Source: a virus (taxonomy: Duplodnaviria; Heunggongvirae; Uroviricota; Caudoviricetes). From it: a stretch of 10,303 nucleotides of DNA. The stretch lies in the IMG/VR virus record IMGVR_UViG_2681813186_000015; one strand, written 5' to 3'. A model generated the notes under the pieces. The model was given only the letters and a program-made list of their open reading frames with translations. It was not told where the DNA came from and ran no database searches. Shown in pieces: positions 4,976 to 10,303 of the stretch. The position numbers were made by a program, and so were the translations under genes. Position 1 is the stretch's first letter. The number at the start of each line of letters is the position of its first letter.

Positions 4976-5683
4976 ATGGATTTGAACAAATTCGATGAGC
5001 CATTCAGCCCTGAAGATATCGAATGGCGAATACAGCAAAGCGGTAAAACACGCGATGGAAAGGTGTGGGCTATGGTGCTGGCTTATGTCACGAACAGGGC
5101 AATCATGAAACGCCTGGATGATGTTTGCGGCAAAGCAGGATGGCGCAATGAATACCGCGATATTCCCAACAACGGCGGCGTTGAATGCGGCATATCAATA
5201 AAGATTGATTCCGAATGGGTAACCAAATGGGATGCTGCTGAAAACACGCAGGTAGAAGCCGTCAAAGGTGGTCGTTCCGGTGCAATGAAGCGCGCTGCCG
5301 TTCAGTGGGGAATCGGTCGGTATCTGTATAACCTTGAGGAAGGTTTCGCACAAACATCTCTCGATAAAAAGCAGGGGTGGCACAGGGCAAAACTGAAGGA
5401 TGGAACAGGATTTTACTGGCTCCCTCCATCGCTTCCGGGATGGGCAATCCCAGCATCAGATAACAAACCATCACCAGAAAATACCAACCAGAAATCTCCA
5501 TCGGTTGACTGCGAACAAATCCTGAAAGACTTCAGCGATTATGCGTCAACAGAAACTGACAAGAAAAAACTCATCGAGCGTTATCAGCGTGACTGGCAAT
5601 TAATGGCTGGCAACGAGGAAGCGCAGGCTAAATGCGTTCAGGTAATGAACATCAGAGTTAACGAACTAAAACAGGCGGCATAA
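4976..5683 (+). CDS. Rad52/22-family single-strand annealing protein (phage recombinase, Sak/Erf functional analogue)
   Basis: 235 aa; IMKRLDDVCGKAGWRNEY and KGGRSGAMKRAAVQWGIGRYLY match conserved Rad52 N-terminal-domain signatures; GAGG upstream; directly followed by ssb. Confidence 0.8.
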   Translation: MDLNKFDEPFSPEDIEWRIQQSGKTRDGKVWAMVLAYVTNRAIMKRLDDVCGKAGWRNEYRDIPNNGGVECGISIKIDSEWVTKWDAAENTQVEAVKGGRSGAMKRAAVQWGIGRYLYNLEEGFAQTSLDKKQGWHRAKLKDGTGFYWLPPSLPGWAIPASDNKPSPENTNQKSPSVDCEQILKDFSDYASTETDKKKLIERYQRDWQLMAGNEEAQAKCVQVMNIRVNELKQAA

Positions 5684-6190
5684 ATGGCAAGCAGAGGCGT
5701 AAATAAGGTGATTATCCTTGGTCGGGTAGGACAAGACCCGGAAGTTCGATACTCACCATCAGGAACAGCGTTCGCTAACCTGACAATAGCCACGTCAGAA
5801 CAATGGCGAGATAAAAATACTGGCGAGCAAAAGGAATTGACTGAATGGCATCGTGTTGCTGTATCCGGGAAACTGGCTGAGGTCGTGGGGCAGTATGTGA
5901 AAAAAGGTGATCAGATTTATTTCGAAGGAATGCTGAGAACCAGAAAGTGGAAAGACCAGTCAGGGCAAGACCGTTACACAACCGAGGTTCATGTCGGAAT
6001 TAATGGCGTGATGCAAATGCTTGGCGGCATTGGCGACAGCAAACAACAAGCAGCCAGCAGGCAATCACAGAAGCCACAGCAGCAATCATCACCAGCACAA
6101 CACAACGAACCTCCGATGGATTTTGACGACGATATACCCTTTGCACCAGTAACTCTCCCCTTCCCTCGTCACGCTATTCACGCAATTTAA
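5684..6190 (+). CDS. ssb: Single-stranded DNA-binding protein (SSB), with a 15-aa extension beyond the canonical DDDIPF terminus
   Basis: [23 protein letters not shown]…TEWHRV…[19 protein letters not shown]…MDFDDDIPF is near-identical in pattern to E. coli SSB; the ORF continues [15 protein letters not shown] before TAA at 6188-6190. Start abuts the upstream stop (TAAATG). Confidence 0.9.
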   Translation: MASRGVNKVIILGRVGQDPEVRYSPSGTAFANLTIATSEQWRDKNTGEQKELTEWHRVAVSGKLAEVVGQYVKKGDQIYFEGMLRTRKWKDQSGQDRYTTEVHVGINGVMQMLGGIGDSKQQAASRQSQKPQQQSSPAQHNEPPMDFDDDIPFAPVTLPFPRHAIHAI

Positions 6191-6198
6191 GGACTTAC

Positions 6199-6747
6199 AT
6201 GAATCACTTAATGGTTGACCTTGAAACAATGGGCAACGGGCCATACGCGCCAGTTATTTCTATTGGGGCGGTATTCTTTGACCCGAATACCGGAGAAACA
6301 GGAGAAGAGTTCTCGGTAAATATCTCGCTTGAGTCATCAATGCGATATCGGGCGCGTCCTGACGCTTCAACGATTTTATGGTGGATGGAACAGAGTGAAG
6401 AAGCCAGAAAATCGCTAACCAGCAACACTCAAGAGCTTTCAACGGCTCTTTCATGGTTATCTGAATTCATCATAAAGAACGCTAACCACAAATTCGTTCA
6501 GGTTTGGGGGAATGGAGCATCATTTGACTGCGTTATTCTCCGAAACAGTTATTCGCTGACAGGGCAGCCAGTTCCGTGGCAGTGGTGGAATGACCGCGAC
6601 GTAAGAACAATCGTCGAACTTGGGAAGGTAATAGGATTCGACCCTAAGCGAGATATGCCATTCAAAGGAACTCGCCACAACGCGCTTGATGATGCCATTC
6701 ACCAAGCCAAATACGTTTCAGCGATCTGGAAAAAGTTAGCTAAATAA
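6199..6747 (+). CDS. DEDDh-family (DnaQ-like) 3'-5' exonuclease
   Basis: 182 aa; Exo I motif MVDLETMG, Exo II WGNGASFD, Exo III RHNALDDAIHQA (H-x4-D); AAGGA 5 nt upstream of ATG 6199. Confidence 0.75.
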   Translation: MNHLMVDLETMGNGPYAPVISIGAVFFDPNTGETGEEFSVNISLESSMRYRARPDASTILWWMEQSEEARKSLTSNTQELSTALSWLSEFIIKNANHKFVQVWGNGASFDCVILRNSYSLTGQPVPWQWWNDRDVRTIVELGKVIGFDPKRDMPFKGTRHNALDDAIHQAKYVSAIWKKLAK

Positions 6748-6763
6748 TCAACAGGAGAAAACC

Positions 6764-7060
6764 ATGCCAGCGCCTCTGTATGGTGCGGATGACGCGCGCC
6801 GCTGTTCCGGCAATTCCGTATCGGAGGTGCTGGATAAATTCAGGAAAAACTACGACAGGATAATGTCGCTACCGCAGGAAACGAAAGAGGAAAAGGAATT
6901 TCGCCACTGTATATGGCTTGCAGAGAAAGAAGAACGCGAGCGAATTTACCAGACATCAATCCGACCATTCCGCAAAGCCACATATACCCACTTCCCTGAA
7001 TATATCGACCCGCGCCTGCGTAATTACCGCTCACGCTATGGCGCTATCAGTAATGGTTGA
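6764..7060 (+). CDS. Hypothetical protein, 98 aa
   Basis: ATG 6764 with AGGAG (6753-6757) 6 nt upstream; basic and acidic stretches; no homology recognised. Confidence 0.6.
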   Translation: MPAPLYGADDARRCSGNSVSEVLDKFRKNYDRIMSLPQETKEEKEFRHCIWLAEKEERERIYQTSIRPFRKATYTHFPEYIDPRLRNYRSRYGAISNG

Positions 7061-7070
7061 GGAATTAACA

Positions 7071-7361
7071 ATGAAAACAATGAAGCTAAACATCGACCTC
7101 GGCAAATACGTTATTACCGGAACCAAACACGACCTGATTCTTAGTGAAAGAGGAATTATCAAAGAAGGTGAGAATGCAGGGAAAGAAACACTAAGTCGTA
7201 TCGGTTATTACAGCAAGTTTGAGCATCTGGTTAAAGAGTTATGCAACCGTGAAATTCTGTTATCTCAGGCGCAGACGTTACAGGATATTCAGCAGCATAT
7301 CGAGACTGTATGTGTGTCACTTAGCATGGCTATTGACCAGTTCGTGGAGAGTAAATCATGA
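7071..7361 (+). CDS. Hypothetical protein, 96 aa
   Basis: Internal ATG 7071 with GAGGAA (7059-7064) 6 nt upstream, right after the previous stop; the track ORF start at 6918 overlaps the preceding gene and was rejected. Confidence 0.6.
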   Translation: MKTMKLNIDLGKYVITGTKHDLILSERGIIKEGENAGKETLSRIGYYSKFEHLVKELCNREILLSQAQTLQDIQQHIETVCVSLSMAIDQFVESKS

Positions 7362-7522
7362 GGGGACTTGCATACAATCCCGGCATTCTTCCGGCAGAAA
7401 TGATTATTCGCCAACGCGTAAAGCCAATGCCATCGAGAGAGGAATTGCTTAAGAGAAATTCTTTTCCATCAGTGAATCAAAACAAATATCTGAATGCGAT
7501 GTGGCGGAGTGGGAAGAAATGA
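7358..7522 (+). CDS. Hypothetical small protein, 54 aa, translationally coupled on both sides
   Basis: ATG 7358 overlaps the upstream stop (ATGA); GGAGAG 7 nt upstream; its stop TGA 7520-7522 overlaps the next start ATG 7519 (ATGA); [54 protein letters not shown]. Confidence 0.4.
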   Translation: MRGLAYNPGILPAEMIIRQRVKPMPSREELLKRNSFPSVNQNKYLNAMWRSGKK

Positions 7523-8019
7523 AACAAATGACACTAATTGAGATGGATGGTTTTCTGAAAGGTGAATGCATCCCACGAGATTTAAAGGTTAACGAAACAA
7601 ACGCTGAATATCTTGTCCGTAAGTTCGGTGAACTTGAATCAAAACTAGAAACGGCGTTGCGGGAGTGTCGTTCTGCTGGAATCACGATTGATAACCTTGA
7701 GGCCAAGTGCGCGGCGCTGGTAGCGGAGAGTGCGGGGATGAAGAAGTTCTGCAAAGACGCTGCATTCGATGCCGATTACGAAGCAGAGCTAGGTATGGAG
7801 CGTGGTGGATTCAGTGATGCGCTTAACGAAATCAAAACCCCAGCCACCGATGCTTTCCTGGCTGAAGTCCGGGCTAAGGCGTTTGATGACCTTTGCGCGG
7901 CGTTCGTTAAGCACGCGTCGGTGTCCGGGCTGGACGATGGCGACTGCGTTACGGTGAAAGAGGCGACTGACGCTCTGCTGCATTGTGCGGAACAGCTTCA
8001 CGAGGGAGTGCATTCATGA
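7519..8019 (+). CDS. Hypothetical protein, 166 aa
   Basis: ATG 7519 chosen over the track GTG start at 7501; acidic, Ala-rich; no motif recognised. Confidence 0.6.
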   Translation: MKQMTLIEMDGFLKGECIPRDLKVNETNAEYLVRKFGELESKLETALRECRSAGITIDNLEAKCAALVAESAGMKKFCKDAAFDADYEAELGMERGGFSDALNEIKTPATDAFLAEVRAKAFDDLCAAFVKHASVSGLDDGDCVTVKEATDALLHCAEQLHEGVHS

Positions 8020-8249
8020 GCAACCTACTACCATGTCCATTCTGTGGCGGCGCAGCGCACGTTGCCAGCGAAGCAGATCACCCTGAATATGGCTCTGGCG
8101 GTCGATTCTATTTCGTTCGATGCGGTACGTGTCGCGCTCAATCTGGTAGCAAATATGCAGCGCCTGGAAATGACTGCGCGATTTTTTATTCAGAGGTTAG
8201 AGCAGAGTGGAATCAGCGAGCAAAGGAGGCAACCAGTGAGCGAAATTGA
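8016..8249 (+). CDS. lar: Lar-family restriction-alleviation protein (small zinc-ribbon protein)
   Basis: ATG 8016 overlaps the upstream stop (ATGA); GAGGGAG 7 nt upstream; 77 aa with CPFCGG … CGTC … AEWNQRA, matching the Lar family pattern as I recall it (CPFCGG N-terminal knuckle, WNRRA-type C-terminus). Confidence 0.65.
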   Translation: MSNLLPCPFCGGAAHVASEADHPEYGSGGRFYFVRCGTCRAQSGSKYAAPGNDCAIFYSEVRAEWNQRAKEATSERN

Positions 8250-8832
8250 CTATCAGGCACTGCGTGAGGCGGCGGAACGTGCAATTCCAGCAATGGAACG
8301 CCTGTTAATGTTGCCAGTTGATGATGATTTGTTAAGTGAACAGGAACTTAAAGATTACGGTGTGGATATTGATGCGCTCAACGCCTTCAAATTTCTGGCC
8401 GGACCAGAAACCGTGCTGGCACTACTGGATGAGATCAACGCATTAGAGGAAACGCGTATCAACGATGTTTGCCGTATTGCGGAACTAACAAAACAACTGG
8501 AGTCGGCAAAATCAAAACTCAACGAGCAGCGTGAATATTACGAGGGAGTAATCTCGGATGGGAGTAAGCGTATTGCAGAACTGGAAAGCAACGAAGTCCG
8601 TGAAGACGGAAATCAGTTTCTTGTTGTTCGCCACCCCGGGAAAACTCCTGTCATCAAGCACTGCACTGGTGACCTGGAAGAGTTTCTGCGGAAGTTAATC
8701 GAACAAGACCCGTTAGTAACTATCGACATCATTACGCATCGCTATTACGGGATTGGCGGTCAATGGGTTCAGGATGCAGTTGAGTATCTGCATATGATGT
8801 CTGACGCAGGTATTCGCATCAAAGGAGAGTGA
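8236..8832 (+). CDS. Hypothetical protein with predicted coiled-coil segment, 198 aa; start uncertain
   Basis: GTG 8236 preceded by AAGGAGG (8223-8229) with 6-nt spacer, overlapping the Lar stop by 14 nt; earlier in-frame ATGs (8089, 8155) lie inside the Lar gene; central heptad-like region INALEETRINDVCRIAELTKQLESAKSKLNEQ. Confidence 0.5.
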   Translation: MSEIDYQALREAAERAIPAMERLLMLPVDDDLLSEQELKDYGVDIDALNAFKFLAGPETVLALLDEINALEETRINDVCRIAELTKQLESAKSKLNEQREYYEGVISDGSKRIAELESNEVREDGNQFLVVRHPGKTPVIKHCTGDLEEFLRKLIEQDPLVTIDIITHRYYGIGGQWVQDAVEYLHMMSDAGIRIKGE

Positions 8833-8833
8833 T

Positions 8834-9382
8834 ATGACCACTATAACCGATAAGAAACAGTATCCCAGCAAGCAATATCTTAATGAGCTGATCACCAACA
8901 TAGAGTTTGCTGCAAGGGCACCAGTTGAAGTCGTGAGAGCGATGGCAGCAGAGCTACAGAAGCGGCGCGAAGCTGATAGTGCAGAACCTGTAAGCCAAAC
9001 TTACAAGTTGCCAGTTAATACACCTTGCCAAGATGCGCCAGCCCATATCTGGCTGCAAACGGCTGGAGTATGGCCAGAAGATGGCGAGTTAAGCGAATTA
9101 ACGTGGTGCAGCCACAATCAGCACCATGATGACACGCTATATGTTCGAGCTGACCTTGTGAATGGCAACTCTCCGGTAATTCCGGATGGTTGGATAAGCT
9201 GTAGTGAGCGAATGCCGGATAAGTTAATTCCGGTAATGGTCATGTATGAAGACGGTGAGATGTGGTCTGCAATGTGGAATGGTAATCGCTGGGATGATGG
9301 CACCGAATATCCGGATCCGCACTCAGTTACGCACTGGCGTGAAATGCCAGCAGCACCGAAGCAGGAGGTTAACCGTGGCTAA
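8834..9382 (+). CDS. DUF551-like phage protein
   Basis: 182 aa; ATG 8834 with AAAGGAGAG upstream; C-terminal …SVTHWREMPAAPK resembles the conserved DUF551 C-terminal signature (…THWMPLPEPP) as I recall it. Confidence 0.6.
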   Translation: MTTITDKKQYPSKQYLNELITNIEFAARAPVEVVRAMAAELQKRREADSAEPVSQTYKLPVNTPCQDAPAHIWLQTAGVWPEDGELSELTWCSHNQHHDDTLYVRADLVNGNSPVIPDGWISCSERMPDKLIPVMVMYEDGEMWSAMWNGNRWDDGTEYPDPHSVTHWREMPAAPKQEVNRG

Positions 9383-9659
9383 CCTGCAACTTGCCGTTAA
9401 AGGTGAATACTTCGATGCCATGATTCGCGGAGAGAAAACGGAAGAGTATCGCCTGTGTAATGACTACTGGAAAAAGCGCCTCGTTAACCGTAAGTATGAC
9501 CGCCTGATTATCACAAAGGGATATCCGAAGCGCGACGACTTCAGTCGCAGAATTGATGTCCCGTATGACGGATATGAAATCAAGACAATCACACATCCCC
9601 ACTTCGGCGATAAACCGGTAAAGGTATACGCGATAAAGGTGAATATCAGCAATGAATAA
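9375..9659 (+). CDS. Hypothetical protein, 94 aa
   Basis: GTG 9375 preceded by AGGAGG (9363-9368) with 6-nt spacer, overlapping the upstream stop; the track ORF start at 9246 lies inside the previous gene. Confidence 0.5.
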   Translation: MANLQLAVKGEYFDAMIRGEKTEEYRLCNDYWKKRLVNRKYDRLIITKGYPKRDDFSRRIDVPYDGYEIKTITHPHFGDKPVKVYAIKVNISNE

Positions 9660-9730
9660 CAATCCTCGCATTCGCGGGGATTTCTTTTATCTGAACTCGC
9701 TACGGCGGGTTTTGTTTTATGGAGATGATT

Positions 9731-10030
9731 ATGGCCTGTTCAACATTCAACCCTCTAACGTTACAGAAATACCAGCCAGACCCTGAAGATTTATGCTCAC
9801 TGTGTGGCGGAAATCATGGTAAAGCAGCCATGATCGAATGTAAGGACAAAATCCACATTTGCCTTAATTGCGTTGATGTCCTCGTTGATATCAAAAATGA
9901 GAGAGAAGATAAAAAGCGTAGCGAGGCTGTTCGCGCCTTAGATTCATGGATGCGAGATGGATATAGTGCCGCGCAAATTTATGACTTAGCAATATCAAAA
10001 GGCGAAATACCAGGAGTACGCATCGAATAA
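9731..10030 (+). CDS. Hypothetical Cys-rich protein (possible zinc-ribbon), 99 aa
   Basis: ATG 9731 with GGAG (9721-9724) 6 nt upstream (alternative ATGs at 9719 and 9725); CSLCGG … CLNC spacing suggests a four-Cys metal site. Confidence 0.55.
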   Translation: MACSTFNPLTLQKYQPDPEDLCSLCGGNHGKAAMIECKDKIHICLNCVDVLVDIKNEREDKKRSEAVRALDSWMRDGYSAAQIYDLAISKGEIPGVRIE

Positions 10031-10072
10031 GACGTAACCGATATTCGAATTGAAGAACTGAAAGAACACCAA

Positions 10073-10096
10073 GCCGCCTGATGGCGGTTTCTTTTT
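10073..10096 (+). terminator. Rho-independent terminator upstream of the excisionase-like gene
   Basis: CCGCC (10074-10078) pairs with GGCGG (10083-10087), loop TGAT, followed by TTTCTTTTT. Confidence 0.6.
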
Positions 10097-10111
10097 GCCT
10101 GGAGAATTAAG

Positions 10112-10303
10112 ATGACCGATACCAGCCTGATTCCTGAGAAAGAAGTGATGAACAAGCTCGGTGTTTCATCACGTCAGACAATCTGGAACTATACCAAACG
10201 GCACGGATTTCCGAAGCCAGTCAGAACCCACCCCAAATCATACCTTCGTGAAGCTGTTGAAGGGTGGATTCTTAACGGTGGCGTTAATCAGAAATGCTCC
10301 TGA
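10112..10303 (+). CDS. AlpA-family phage transcriptional regulator / excisionase-like protein
   Basis: 63 aa; ATG 10112 with GGAG 7 nt upstream; LIPEKEVMNKLGVSSRQTIWNYTKRHGFPKPVR is the typical AlpA/Xis-type HTH pattern; sits at the distal end of the early-left operon where xis precedes int in lambdoid phages. Confidence 0.75.
   Translation: MTDTSLIPEKEVMNKLGVSSRQTIWNYTKRHGFPKPVRTHPKSYLREAVEGWILNGGVNQKCS

Noticed and set aside
5083-5501. Minus-strand track ORFs inside the Rad52-like gene (5083-5265, 5195-5383, 5262-5501)
   Set aside because: Antisense to a gene with clear family signatures.
5775-6705. Minus-strand track ORFs inside ssb and the exonuclease gene (5775-5981, 6204-6428, 6260-6454, 6520-6705)
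   Set aside because: Antisense to strongly supported genes; no ribosome-binding sites.
6840-7452. Track ORFs 6840-7034 (-), 6918-7070 (+ upstream extension), 7219-7452 (+)
   Set aside because: Overlap better-supported same-strand genes in other frames; internal starts with Shine-Dalgarno sequences explain the coding signal.
7449-8013. Minus-strand track ORFs 7449-7754 and 7789-8013
   Set aside because: Antisense within the 166-aa plus-strand gene in an operon that is otherwise entirely plus-strand.
8044-8235. Upstream 64 codons of track ORF 8044-8832
   Set aside because: Would overlap the whole Lar-family gene in another frame; GTG 8236 with AAGGAGG is the more plausible start (start remains uncertain).
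8713-9671. Track ORFs 8713-8901 (-), 9118-9303 (-), 9246-9374 (+ upstream extension), 9369-9671 (-), 9464-9652 (-)
   Set aside because: Antisense or alternative-frame ORFs within better-supported plus-strand genes.
9696-9718. Possible weak terminator CGCTACGGCGGG followed by TTTTGTTTT
   Set aside because: Stem of only 3-4 pairs; may be a weak terminator but too marginal to call.
1-10303. CRISPR array, tRNA/rRNA genes, insertion sequences, integrase and attachment sites
   Set aside because: No regularly spaced direct repeats, no tRNA-like cloverleaf candidates found by eye, no transposase-like or integrase-like ORF in the window; the integrase and attachment site are presumably beyond the right edge.

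Overview
This window reads as the early/immunity region of a lambdoid (lambda/P22-like) temperate prophage, probably from an enterobacterial host (the SSB is near-identical in its N-terminus and acidic tail to E. coli SSB as I remember it). All calls rest on reading the sequence and on protein similarities recalled from memory; no searches were run. On the minus strand, right to left: PR, cro-like gene, a nutR-like site, cII-like gene, a 53-aa small ORF, and the 5' end of a lambda O-like replication gene running off the window start. On the plus strand: a CI-like SOS-cleavable repressor (HTH plus S24 peptidase, Ala-Gly site), then about 1.5 kb of accessory DNA in the position lambda uses for rexAB. 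That accessory DNA holds a long structured 3' region with tandem terminators, a self-contained 173-aa gene of unknown function, and a short terminated unit. Then follow a pL-like promoter, a nutL site, an N-like antiterminator and a translationally coupled early-left operon: cIII-like, Kil-like, small ORFs, Rad52-like annealing protein, SSB with an unusual C-terminal extension, DEDDh 3'-5' exonuclease, several unknowns, a Lar-family protein, a DUF551 protein, a Cys-rich protein and an AlpA-family excisionase-like gene at the right edge. The integrase and attachment site are presumably beyond the window. The most interesting candidate for something undescribed is the 173-aa gene between cI and pL, with the unknown ORF block at 6764-9659 second. 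No rRNA, tRNA, CRISPR array or transposase was seen. The ORF track appears to omit ORFs under 60 aa and edge-truncated ORFs, and to use alternative start codons, so several starts were re-set to internal ATG/GTG codons with Shine-Dalgarno support.
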